Shown here one piece after another: positions 54,958-63,895 of a DNA stretch of 64,000 bases. Both the position numbers and the translations under genes were made by a program. Under the pieces are notes generated by a model, which saw nothing but the letters and a program-made list of their open reading frames with translations, did not search any database and had not been told where the DNA came from. This stretch comes from an uncultured Candidatus Saccharibacteria bacterium (lineage in GTDB: Bacteria; Patescibacteriota; Saccharimonadia; Saccharimonadales; SZUA-47): assembly GCA_964419675.1 (NCBI GenBank), contig CAYQPN010000003.1, forward strand, positions 75,985-139,984, read 5' to 3'. Position 1 is the stretch's first letter; each line of letters begins with the position of its first letter.

Positions 54958-55647
54958 TTAGGCTCTGTGCATCATGATGACTTGTTTCAGCGTTTTGCTT
55001 GGCTCTTTGGATAGTTCCTTCAGATTAGTTACTTTTTGTAATAGTTCTGGTTTTGTAGCATATGACGCAATCTTGAGTAACTTTATTTGATTTGGACTAA
55101 ATTGTCCATTGTCTTTTTGATAAAATGCCATATCGTCATATGAAAATTCATAATGGCTCGATTCTGAGAATTTTTGTGAATTTAATGGTTTTTCAAGATT
55201 TATTCCGCTACCGGCAATATTCAAAATACGCATTGCATACCATAAGAATGTACTGTGAACGTCAACTTCCCCTTCATTCACTGCATATAGCGCTTTGTGT
55301 AGCACTTCAAAGTATTCAGCCTCGCTAGTGTGTTGAGTGTGATCGTCGGCTATTTTTAAAATATCGTAGGCCACCATAGTCGTGGCAACGTCCGAAACAA
55401 TGTTTTTATAGTGCTCTTTTATCCTGGTAGAAATGACTGTTTTTATCTCTCCCCTACCATCAATATAGGTTAGTTCATTAATAGAAAAAATCTCTAATCC
55501 ACCGGCCAACTTACTATTACTTTTGCGAACACCTTTGGCAAGCAAACTTAATTTTCCATTGTTTGGGGTTATAACGGTTACAATTCTGTCGGCTTCAGAA
55601 AAATTTATACGTTTAAGTATTATTGCTTCAGTAACGACACTTTTCAT
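54958..55647 (-). CDS. recO: DNA repair protein RecO
   Basis: 229 aa. The N-terminal OB-fold pattern EAIILKRINFSEADRIVTVITPNNGKLSLLAKGVRKSNSKL is typical of RecO. Confidence 0.85.
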   Translation of the reverse strand: MKSVVTEAIILKRINFSEADRIVTVITPNNGKLSLLAKGVRKSNSKLAGGLEIFSINELTYIDGRGEIKTVISTRIKEHYKNIVSDVATTMVAYDILKIADDHTQHTSEAEYFEVLHKALYAVNEGEVDVHSTFLWYAMRILNIAGSGINLEKPLNSQKFSESSHYEFSYDDMAFYQKDNGQFSPNQIKLLKIASYATKPELLQKVTNLKELSKEPSKTLKQVIMMHRA

Positions 55648-55651
55648 AAAC

Positions 55652-56038
55652 CTAAACTTCTAACAAGTTAAGTGACTCATCTATTAGTTTCTGCAAACTA
55701 GTGGTTGGTTTATACAGATATTTACTGATTTTTAGCAACTTCCAATCACTGCTGGATGAAATGCTATCCGCCACTTTAATAGAACTATGAATAATTAATG
55801 GAACGTCTGCCCAATCATCGTAGCTCCTGAATTCGTATAAAAATTCTGTTCCGCTATGCCCGGGCAATGATAGCTCCACAATAATTATGTCTGGCTTAGA
55901 CTCATCAGCAATTTTAATTGCTTGTTCAGGGGATGAAACAGTGTGCGTTTTAATATTTTGTTTTGCAAATTCGCGTCTCAAACAATCTGCCATTACTCTA
56001 TCTGGTTCAAGCACTAATGCGTTTTTCATCTTTGACAT
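55652..56038 (-). CDS. atypical receiver domain (phospho-acceptor Asp replaced by Glu)
   Basis: 128 aa. The receiver fold is retained (PLIIHSS, KYLYKP), but the DD pocket reads LEPD and the acceptor position reads IIIVELSLPG instead of LLD.MLPG. Confidence 0.75.
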   Translation of the reverse strand: MSKMKNALVLEPDRVMADCLRREFAKQNIKTHTVSSPEQAIKIADESKPDIIIVELSLPGHSGTEFLYEFRSYDDWADVPLIIHSSIKVADSISSSSDWKLLKISKYLYKPTTSLQKLIDESLNLLEV

Positions 56039-56734
56039 CTATATAAACGCAAGCTGGGGGCTAATGCGAAATGTTACTGCCAGCCCTTCTAACCCGTCCT
56101 TTTTGGTCTTTGAAAGTGAAGCATTAAGCAAATTAAACATGTTTCTGGCGGTCAAAAGGTCTGTTGCTGGCCCCGAAACACCACTGAATGGTTGCCTCGT
56201 CGTTCCAGCCACTTTTATTGCCTTAGCGAATGAAAGTTTAGATAAATCTACAGAGTTATTATAAACAGCAACCCTAATTCCACCTCTTGCCCTACTCACG
56301 TCCCAAGTGATAGGTGAAGGTTTTTGAGTAAGCCCTAACATCGCCTGCCACAAACACTCTATGCCAGATTTTAATACTTCCCTATCCGCATCCACTGTGG
56401 CAATACCCGACTGTATAAAGACTTCAGTTTCGCAGCCATGTTCGATAGATAATGGGCTTAAATCTGTAGCTACTTGCGACAATGAACTGCCGATATGGAC
56501 AGGTTCAAGAAGTAATTCTGTCTGGAACATACTCAAACGTTGGTATAAAAGGACGTTATCGATGGTTCTTAGAGCACGGCGAGCCTGCAACGAGATTGGG
56601 CTTCCAGCCTGATCGGCTTCCGCTAACATTTTAATAGACGTAAGCGGTTTTTTTAGTTCTTCTCCCAGCATGAAGACCAAATCGCCTTCACCTAATCCAC
56701 GTTTTAGCCCATTTTGGCTCGAGTGGTCTTGCAT
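56039..56734 (-). CDS. degenerate histidine-kinase-like protein (pseudokinase)
   Basis: 231 aa and colinear with the window's bona fide kinases. The H-box reads LGEELKKPLTSI (His to Glu), the N-box CLWQAM, the G1 box NNSVD and the G2 box GVSGPATDLL. Its stop abuts the receiver start with no gap. Confidence 0.6.
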   Translation of the reverse strand: MQDHSSQNGLKRGLGEGDLVFMLGEELKKPLTSIKMLAEADQAGSPISLQARRALRTIDNVLLYQRLSMFQTELLLEPVHIGSSLSQVATDLSPLSIEHGCETEVFIQSGIATVDADREVLKSGIECLWQAMLGLTQKPSPITWDVSRARGGIRVAVYNNSVDLSKLSFAKAIKVAGTTRQPFSGVSGPATDLLTARNMFNLLNASLSKTKKDGLEGLAVTFRISPQLAFI

Positions 56735-56802
56735 GAACGTTGTTACCCCTGTTTACATATAAGTATACAAGTAATCACTGCAATAAAATATTGCGCTTTT
56801 AA

Positions 56803-57456
56803 CTACGGAATAAAGGTTAGGCTTGGAATGATTATGTCATTGAAGTCACTAAAGGAATCTTGAGATTCAGTAAATAGCTTGATTGTCTTATCTCTTAGAG
56901 GCAATAGAATCATTATTCCCTGTGTCTTTGAAGATATCTCTCCCTCTACTCTCAACCCTAACGTATCTGGTAGCGCAGTTAGACGGAATGCTTGAGCTGT
57001 TAGTTTACCAGAAGCTATAGAGGAACTGAATTTCTTAACTTCTTGATCGTATGTATTACTGACTATCTCAACACGAAACGCATAAAGTTGGTTTGAGGCG
57101 ACTCCTGGAACAACTCTAGGATTTGCGTACACATCCAACACTGTACCAGAGTCTTTATCAACTTGATAAACGCTCCATGTTTTTGGGAAGCTAAATGACA
57201 AAGAGCCGTAGGTTGCTGGTCCAACGTAGGATTGATATGGCGCTTTTTCTCTCTCAACAAAGTCGGCTTCTTTAGCTGTTTCAGCCTTTTGTACAGCCAG
57301 CGTTGAAGCATCAGCTACTTTTTTTTCTACATTATTTTTGTAGTCTTGTCTCTCGGTAAAAGCCCAAAAGCCAAAAGCACTGGAGCCTACAAACAGAGTC
57401 ACAAAAACTGCTACTAAAACTATCGGGGTACTTATTCCTGATTCTCTATTTACCAT
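56803..57456 (-). CDS. hypothetical membrane-anchored extracytoplasmic protein
   Basis: 217 aa with an N-terminal TM (PIVLVAVFVTLFVGSSAFGFWAF). Confidence 0.5.
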   Translation of the reverse strand: MVNRESGISTPIVLVAVFVTLFVGSSAFGFWAFTERQDYKNNVEKKVADASTLAVQKAETAKEADFVEREKAPYQSYVGPATYGSLSFSFPKTWSVYQVDKDSGTVLDVYANPRVVPGVASNQLYAFRVEIVSNTYDQEVKKFSSSIASGKLTAQAFRLTALPDTLGLRVEGEISSKTQGIMILLPLRDKTIKLFTESQDSFSDFNDIIIPSLTFIP

Positions 57457-57501
57457 AAGCTTAATCTTAATCTAACTCCTAAGAACATGCAACACTTACT
57501 C

Positions 57502-57993
57502 TCAACTATACTCATACAAGAACATTCCATTTATTTCTTTAGTAGGCGTTCTACCTTCAATTTTAAACGCAAAACTAACTACTTTAAGTTTATCACCGCC
57601 TAAATACTGAATAACTTTTTTGTCCAATTTGCCCATATATGGTTTTAGTAAGAAAACATACATTCCGTCTGCTTTTGGCCACGGTTTTGTCCAATAATTT
57701 CCCCAGACTATTTTAATGAATTTTTTATAACGATAACTCCTTACTTGAGAATAAATACAGAGTAGAGGGTTCATCTCGTATCCAACAGAATAAATGCCTT
57801 TTTTTGCAGCAGCGATTAGTAGCCGACCATCTCCACTACCAAGTTCAAGCATTGTTTGACCGGGCCTAAGGTTTAGAAGATTAATGGCGTCTTCAACTCT
57901 TGAGCCTAAAGTAGGTAGATATGGTGCTCCAAACATTACTACTGCCGTAAACAAAACAAAAACAACTGCTAAGAATAGATAGAATATACTCAT
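57502..57993 (-). CDS. class I SAM-dependent methyltransferase with N-terminal TM
   Basis: 163 aa with motif I MLELGSGDGRLLIAAAKKG. Confidence 0.72.
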   Translation of the reverse strand: MSIFYLFLAVVFVLFTAVVMFGAPYLPTLGSRVEDAINLLNLRPGQTMLELGSGDGRLLIAAAKKGIYSVGYEMNPLLCIYSQVRSYRYKKFIKIVWGNYWTKPWPKADGMYVFLLKPYMGKLDKKVIQYLGGDKLKVVSFAFKIEGRTPTKEINGMFLYEYS

Positions 57994-57997
57994 CAGT

Positions 57998-58195
57998 TTA
58001 TTTTTCTTTAAGTTTTATTTTACTTATCTTGTTTTTTGCAGTCTCTAATTTTTTTTCTAATTGTTTAATTAACTTTATGCCCTGCTCATAGTCTGCTAGG
58101 AGTAACTCAAGCTCGTCATAATCAGCATTCTCTACCCTACTCAACAATTTTTGGAGTTCTGATTCTAGTTCTTTATACGATTTTTCTTTATTCAT
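57998..58195 (-). CDS. xseB: exodeoxyribonuclease VII small subunit
   Basis: 65-aa helical protein directly downstream of xseA. SYKELESELQKLLSRVE...LE..L..YE.G..L pattern. Confidence 0.8.
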   Translation of the reverse strand: MNKEKSYKELESELQKLLSRVENADYDELELLLADYEQGIKLIKQLEKKLETAKNKISKIKLKEK

Positions 58196-58204
58196 AATGT
58201 ATAC

Positions 58205-59326
58205 CTATACTATACCTTTTACTTCTGCGTTTGCCACACCATCTTTAAACGTAATGTTTATATTTGCACCCGCAGAAACCTGAGAAACTGATGAAATCAA
58301 TTTTCCACCGTCTTGAATTAAGGCATAGCCTCTTTTAAGCGTTGTGCTTGGGTGCATACTAGAAAGAAGCTTTCGGGCCGTTTGCAAATCATGAGCTTTT
58401 GATTCTAGCGCATTTACTAACGAATTTGAAAAAGAGGCTGAAGCTAACTTTAGATTGCTTATCTTAGCTGAAACTTGTTCTAAAACTGTGACAGCAAGAG
58501 AATTCGCCTCATATACAAGCTGTTTTTTAATCGATTTACGATCTGGGAACAGTAACTCTGCAGCATTGCTTGGGGTACTAGCCCGCATATCCGCTGCCAT
58601 CTCGCACAAGCTGACGTCTGTTTCGTGCCCGATTGCAACGAGGGTCGGTATCCTACTGCCGGCTACAGCACGTGTAACTTGTTCTGTGCTATATGCCCCA
58701 AGATCGTCTGCACTTCCACCACCTCTTATCACAACCAGAACATCAACTGTGTCTGCTTGCTGGTTAGCTTGTTCAATAGCGTTAGATATTAATTCTGGAG
58801 CTGAGACGCCTTGGACTTGTACGTCATATAAATGTATTTCAACACCTTGCCACCGTGCATTTAAAATCTTTATAAAATCCGCAAAACCAGCGGACTGTTC
58901 AGAGGTTATTAATCCAATCTTCTCCGGAGCATGCGGAACAAGTCGTTTACGCTCCTGGCTAAAAAGGCCCTCTTTTTCCAACTTTACCTGAAGCAAATTG
59001 GCAGCTTTTTTAATACTTCCTTCACCTACTGGGCGAATTGAACGAATATTCAAATTAAAGCCAAACTGTGGGTGTATTCTTGGCTCAGCAACAATTTCAA
59101 GCATCATTCCTTCTTCAAGTGGCCCAGGCAACATATACACCGTACCAAAACAGCGTAATTTGGACAATTCATCTTTTATGTCACAATAAACCCACTTATT
59201 CTTTGATATGTTGAAGTTTGCGAGTTCACCCACCACAGTGATTGTTGGGTATGCGTATTCGAGTGACTGGTTTAAAACTGCAACAGCATCTGAAACATTA
59301 AATACTGGGTCAGTTATCATGTTCAA
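58205..59326 (-). CDS. xseA: exodeoxyribonuclease VII large subunit
   Basis: 373 aa. N-terminal OB fold (ITVVGELANFNISKNKWVYCDIKDE), VIRGGGSADDL and GHETD motifs. Confidence 0.9.
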   Translation of the reverse strand: MNMITDPVFNVSDAVAVLNQSLEYAYPTITVVGELANFNISKNKWVYCDIKDELSKLRCFGTVYMLPGPLEEGMMLEIVAEPRIHPQFGFNLNIRSIRPVGEGSIKKAANLLQVKLEKEGLFSQERKRLVPHAPEKIGLITSEQSAGFADFIKILNARWQGVEIHLYDVQVQGVSAPELISNAIEQANQQADTVDVLVVIRGGGSADDLGAYSTEQVTRAVAGSRIPTLVAIGHETDVSLCEMAADMRASTPSNAAELLFPDRKSIKKQLVYEANSLAVTVLEQVSAKISNLKLASASFSNSLVNALESKAHDLQTARKLLSSMHPSTTLKRGYALIQDGGKLISSVSQVSAGANINITFKDGVANAEVKGIV

Positions 59327-60383
59327 TATCCTCAGAGGTGAATTCTTTTCCTATCAATTCTTCTTTACCATCTGATTTTAGCGCTCGTCTATAGAAGATA
59401 TAGCCGATGGGCAAGAAAATACCCATATTGACTACGCGGTACACAACTGTTGCTGATAGCGCTAACGCCTCTTGCACACCAGCGGTTGCCATTACACCGG
59501 TCATTAAACCCTCATATATACCAACGCCACCAGGCAGAACCGCAACTAAACCTGCAACGTTAGCGACTGCGTAGGCAATAATTATCGCTCCGGGGTTAAC
59601 AATGCTAGCGAAAGATAAATAGACTACATATATAGTCGTTAACTCTGTTAGATTCATCGTCATGGTCCATAAAAATGGCCACCGCAAATCTTTCCAGTTA
59701 GACCTAACGTGCCGATAATCTTGATGTAAATCACCAAATAGCGTCTCTATACTATTAATATTTATCAAATGTCCTTTTTTGAGGTGAAATGGTTTTGCTA
59801 TTGCATTAATAAGTTTTGGCAGAGCTACTGTAAACTGCTTAATCCGAGTTTCGTCGCTGATTATAAAGATTAGAACGAGTGTGAGAGAAATAATTAGCGT
59901 CGCCAAACTGCTTGCTATCATTATAATTACTCTGCTGGCTGAACCAAAGACAGATAGCAAAAAAATGGCTATCATTAAATAAATAATGAAAGACATGAAT
60001 GTTAATAAGTGTCGTGATGTCTGCAATAGCGTTGTTTTAGACCCTTTTATTCCAAGTTTTTTAAGCCTAATACCTAAGTATCCAAAACCACTAACTCCGC
60101 CAGATGGAAAAACATTATTAACAAAGTTCATTTCAAGCGACACTTTAAACAGCTCTTTAGTTCTCAGATGTTCGCCTAACGTTTTAAGATAACTCTGATA
60201 AAACTTTGCAACCGCTGTATGGTTAGCTATTTGAATTGGAATAATTAGTATTATCCAAAAGAAGTTAAGGCTACTAAAGGTGTTGAAAGCATCACCAATT
60301 TGTTTCCTTGCAAATATCACGAGAAGAGCAAGTGCTATAAACGTAACTGCGTTTATCCAAAATTTAAAAGATTTAAATTTCAT
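59310..60383 (-). CDS. flippase-like (UPF0104 / lysyl-PG synthase TM-region family) membrane protein
   Basis: 357 aa with about eight TM helices. GAIIIAYAVANVAGLVAVLPGGVGIYEG is typical of the family. Confidence 0.6.
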   Translation of the reverse strand: MKFKSFKFWINAVTFIALALLVIFARKQIGDAFNTFSSLNFFWIILIIPIQIANHTAVAKFYQSYLKTLGEHLRTKELFKVSLEMNFVNNVFPSGGVSGFGYLGIRLKKLGIKGSKTTLLQTSRHLLTFMSFIIYLMIAIFLLSVFGSASRVIIMIASSLATLIISLTLVLIFIISDETRIKQFTVALPKLINAIAKPFHLKKGHLININSIETLFGDLHQDYRHVRSNWKDLRWPFLWTMTMNLTELTTIYVVYLSFASIVNPGAIIIAYAVANVAGLVAVLPGGVGIYEGLMTGVMATAGVQEALALSATVVYRVVNMGIFLPIGYIFYRRALKSDGKEELIGKEFTSEDIEHDN

Positions 60384-60441
60384 ACTTTTTACTTTACCAA
60401 TAGATTTGTTATCTTACCCATTACACTACATAATACCAGGT

Positions 60442-61650
60442 ATGGAATTCAAACCACTAGCAATTGCAATACTCGGAAGACAGCCAAAGCTTGGAATTGC
60501 CGAACTAGAAAGTCTATACGGCGCGGAACATGTCAAGCCCTACAGCCCACAAGCCTGTTTTTTAGATATACCTACCGACAACATTGATTTTGAGAGACTT
60601 GGTGGTTCACTACGACTTGCCAGAGTGCTCAGCCCGCTACCCTCAACTAACTGGAAAGATATCGAAAGTTATTTGCTTAAAACAACTCCAGAACACTCCA
60701 CTTATATTGATGGCAAAATAACTTTCGGGATAAGTACTTTCGGCATAAAAACAAGTCCAAACAATGTTGCCAGAACAGCTCTTAGTGTAAAAAAAGCGCT
60801 GAAAGCTGTAGGAAAATCAGTAAGAATGGTTCCTCATAAAGATTTAAGTCTAGGCACGGCAGTAGTTCTGCATAATCACCTAACCTCTAAAAATGCTTGG
60901 GAACTGTTGGTAGTGTCAGATGGCAAGACAGTATATTTAGCACAAACGACCAGAGTTCAGAATATTGACTTATACTCTGCCCGAGATCAGGCTAGACCGC
61001 ATAGGGACGCCAAAGTGGGCATGTTACCACCTAAATTAGCCCAGACGATCATTAATTTGGCTGTTGGTGACAAGGCTAAAGAGCCAATTTGTGTATTAGA
61101 CCCTTTTTGTGGGACTGGAGTGCTTTTGCAAGAAGCAACTCTCATGAATTATGACGTAATTGGTACAGACCTTGAGCCAAGAATGGTTCAATATACTGTT
61201 GATAACCTATCGTGGCTAGATTCAAAATACCCAGATACTGGTGACTATAGAAGAATTGAAGTTGCCGATGCTACATCCCATAAATGGGACTTGTCAAAAG
61301 TCGAAAATCGAAAGTCAAAAGTTGTAGTAGCATCGGAGACCTTTTTAGGTCAACCACTGGGCGCGCTACCCAATAATGAACACCTGAGTAAAATAATTTA
61401 TGAGGCTAACCTTGTAAATCACAAATTCTTGTTAAATATTGCCACGCAAATTAAGTCAGGAACAAGATTATGTCTAGGCGTACCTACCTGGAAAGGCAAA
61501 CATGAGTTTTTGCACCTTCCCCTACTTGACCATTTAACAGAGATGGGTTATACTCGTGTAAGATTTAGGCATGTTTCCGACAATGACTTGATTTATCACC
61601 GTGAAGGTCAAGTAGTAGGACGAGAATTGCTAATAATTATTAAAAACTAG
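60442..61650 (+). CDS. putative SAM-dependent (RNA/DNA) methyltransferase
   Basis: The track ORF starts at 60280 inside the neighbouring gene; ATG at 60442 (MEFKPLAIAILG...) is preferred. Motif I is VLDPFCGTGVLLQEA followed by GTDLEP. The motif IV region reads ASETFLG rather than (D/N)PPY. Confidence 0.55.
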   Translation: MEFKPLAIAILGRQPKLGIAELESLYGAEHVKPYSPQACFLDIPTDNIDFERLGGSLRLARVLSPLPSTNWKDIESYLLKTTPEHSTYIDGKITFGISTFGIKTSPNNVARTALSVKKALKAVGKSVRMVPHKDLSLGTAVVLHNHLTSKNAWELLVVSDGKTVYLAQTTRVQNIDLYSARDQARPHRDAKVGMLPPKLAQTIINLAVGDKAKEPICVLDPFCGTGVLLQEATLMNYDVIGTDLEPRMVQYTVDNLSWLDSKYPDTGDYRRIEVADATSHKWDLSKVENRKSKVVVASETFLGQPLGALPNNEHLSKIIYEANLVNHKFLLNIATQIKSGTRLCLGVPTWKGKHEFLHLPLLDHLTEMGYTRVRFRHVSDNDLIYHREGQVVGRELLIIIKN

Positions 61651-61789
61651 CTAAACTAACTGATTCTGGCTTCTTTTTGGTCGAACGATACAACAAAGAT
61701 GCGAGAAGCGGAGTGATGTCGTACGTATGGTACGATGAGCGAGCATCGCAGATTCTGCGGCAGTAGCGTTCAGCAAAAAGGAGTCCAGA
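61651..61789 (+). promoter_or_regulatory. structured 5' leader candidate upstream of rpmA
   Basis: GATGC (61698-61702) / GCATC (61743-61747) encloses AGTGA plus the hairpin TCGTAC-GTATG-GTACGA (61719-61735). RBS AAAGGAG at 61777-61783. Confidence 0.3.
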
Positions 61790-62062
61790 ATGTCACATGT
61801 TAAAGCAGGTGGAACAAGCAAGAATATTCACGATAGTCCCGGCCAAAGACTTGGTATTAAGCGTTCAGGTGGTCAAACTGTTCGTAAAGGTGAAGTTTTA
61901 GTTCGCCAAGTTGGTCAGAATAAACTATCCGGCAAAGGCACTTACCTTAGCCGAAATTACACAATCCATGCCGAAAAAGATGGAGTTGTTAAATTCGTTT
62001 CACGTCGAAAAAAGAATCACACTGGCCGTACCGTTCCCCGCACTGAAGTCGTTGTAGAGTAA
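61790..62062 (+). CDS. rpmA: 50S ribosomal protein L27
   Basis: 90 aa. MSHVKAGGTSKNIHDSPGQRLGIKRSGGQ.V..G..LVRQ.G matches the L27 consensus. Confidence 0.93.
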   Translation: MSHVKAGGTSKNIHDSPGQRLGIKRSGGQTVRKGEVLVRQVGQNKLSGKGTYLSRNYTIHAEKDGVVKFVSRRKKNHTGRTVPRTEVVVE

Positions 62063-63313
62063 TCAGGCCGCTTGTCTAGGGACTTCCCTGGCCGCACGAT
62101 AGTCTTGAATTACAGGAAGATGATCTAGAAGAGGTGTTATGTCAACATAAGAGCCAACCATTGTAGGCTTGAAATCTTGTCCCTCGCGCAAACCTTCAAC
62201 TTGAGAAGCGTACTCTATTGGTTTGTTATCTAAAACTCCAGCAATGTACACCTCATCATCCGTACCATAGGTATTCGGTCTCTTTACATTTTTATTAACA
62301 ATACCAGAGACCCAGACACGACCTTCAAGATCTCTACTGAAATTCCAAACTAGCCTATCGTTAGCTGCTGGTATTTGTTCAGTAGTAACCTGCCCTAAAA
62401 TAGGATGACGAGAAATCCTTACTCCAATAACGGGCTGTGAGAAATCTGGTTTTAACATATCTGGTATTTCAACATCAGACATTACTTCCGCAGCTGTTTT
62501 ACCGCTTTGGTGTTTGAAACCTTGCCCAGGAATAAAATCAAAAACACCCATTCCCTTTGCGCCCCAACCCATTGTTACTTCGAATGCTTCGTCCTTATAT
62601 GAATTAGTGCCTCCTAAGGCCTGCTCAGAAAAATGAGAAGTAACCCATCGAAGTTGATCTCTGGATAGTTCAATTTTGTCAGTCAAGGCCTTCTGTTCTA
62701 ATGAAACACGTAAATCATCAACAAGTCTTGTTTCTCTAACATAGCCATATTCCATAGTATCGCCTTTAGAATAATACCCCCGTTCTCTCCCCTGCTGATC
62801 TTGCCAACTATCATAGTAAGGGGACACCCTCCAATCTCCATCACTATTGGAGCGATAAAATAGTCTAGGAGCGACTTGGCCTGTTTCAAGTCTAACGTAA
62901 CCAACACAGTGATCACGACCTTCGACTGTAGCAGTCTGGGACAACAAAAACTGCTGACCTTCTATATTGATTCCATGTACGGGAGGTAGTGCATTGAATA
63001 ACTCCGAAGTATTTTGGTCTTCTGGAAATTTGTTTTCAAACAAAGCGTCTCTAGTCGCATTAACTTCTAAATCTAGCTTGTTTTCATCATATACTTCTGT
63101 TTCATCTCCGAGTTGATCTATAGATGTAGAGGCCAGCACCTCTCCCATTTTTGTTGCTCTAATAACAGTAATCTCGCCGCTGTTCTGGGTTTCAATAGTA
63201 GGCGGCTGATCCCACCAGTTATCTCCAGAAAATATTGCACCAGGTAGAGTAGCGGTGTTTGCAACTGGCGCTTCAACAGAGACTATTACCGGCTGTATTT
63301 CAGGTGAACTCAT
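62063..63313 (-). CDS. hypothetical protein (416-aa orphan)
   Basis: Long ORF with protein-like composition, no TM and no motif recognised. Its stop abuts the rpmA stop with no gap. Confidence 0.5.
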   Translation of the reverse strand: MSSPEIQPVIVSVEAPVANTATLPGAIFSGDNWWDQPPTIETQNSGEITVIRATKMGEVLASTSIDQLGDETEVYDENKLDLEVNATRDALFENKFPEDQNTSELFNALPPVHGINIEGQQFLLSQTATVEGRDHCVGYVRLETGQVAPRLFYRSNSDGDWRVSPYYDSWQDQQGRERGYYSKGDTMEYGYVRETRLVDDLRVSLEQKALTDKIELSRDQLRWVTSHFSEQALGGTNSYKDEAFEVTMGWGAKGMGVFDFIPGQGFKHQSGKTAAEVMSDVEIPDMLKPDFSQPVIGVRISRHPILGQVTTEQIPAANDRLVWNFSRDLEGRVWVSGIVNKNVKRPNTYGTDDEVYIAGVLDNKPIEYASQVEGLREGQDFKPTMVGSYVDITPLLDHLPVIQDYRAAREVPRQAA

Positions 63314-63444
63314 AATTTATATTTTGCTTATTTACAGATATAAATATAGCATAAAATCTGTAAAAAGTCAATCTAAATGCTTAAAATGACCGGACTTTTT
63401 GCTCATGTCCTCATTCGTTATGCGAAATACGATCTACGACCGTG

Positions 63445-63837
63445 CTACATGCCTAAGTGTGATTTTACGCGCTCAACCACGTCTGCGATAACAACTTGAG
63501 ATTTAACCAAATAGTCATCTACACCAAGATCTTTTGCTCTTTGTTGGTCACTTTCTTGACTCAGTGCTGTCAGCATGACAATTTTTGTGTTTGCAGTTTC
63601 GGGAGTATTCCGCAAGATATCAAGTACGTCAAACCCGGAAACTTTTGGCATCATAACATCTAGCAATATCAGATCAGGCTTGAATTCTAGTGCAGCTGCT
63701 AGAGCATCTTCACCGTTGGGAGCTCGTTTTATTAAGAAACCTTCTGCCTCTAGACGCGTTTGATAGACAGATGCCAGCGCATCATCGTCTTCTACTAATA
63801 GTATTTTCTTCTGTTTTTGTTGATCATCCATGAACAT
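63445..63837 (-). CDS. single-domain response regulator (close paralog of the receiver at 21736)
   Basis: 130 aa. ILLVEDDD, DLILLDVMMPKVSGFDVLDILR, KIVMLTALSQ and DYLVKSQV are near-identical blocks to the receiver of 21736-22944. Confidence 0.85.
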   Translation of the reverse strand: MFMDDQQKQKKILLVEDDDALASVYQTRLEAEGFLIKRAPNGEDALAAALEFKPDLILLDVMMPKVSGFDVLDILRNTPETANTKIVMLTALSQESDQQRAKDLGVDDYLVKSQVVIADVVERVKSHLGM

Positions 63838-63895
63838 ATGTTAACACAACTGATACCATAAGCAATACTCAGAACGCTTGAATCGCTTTATTGTT

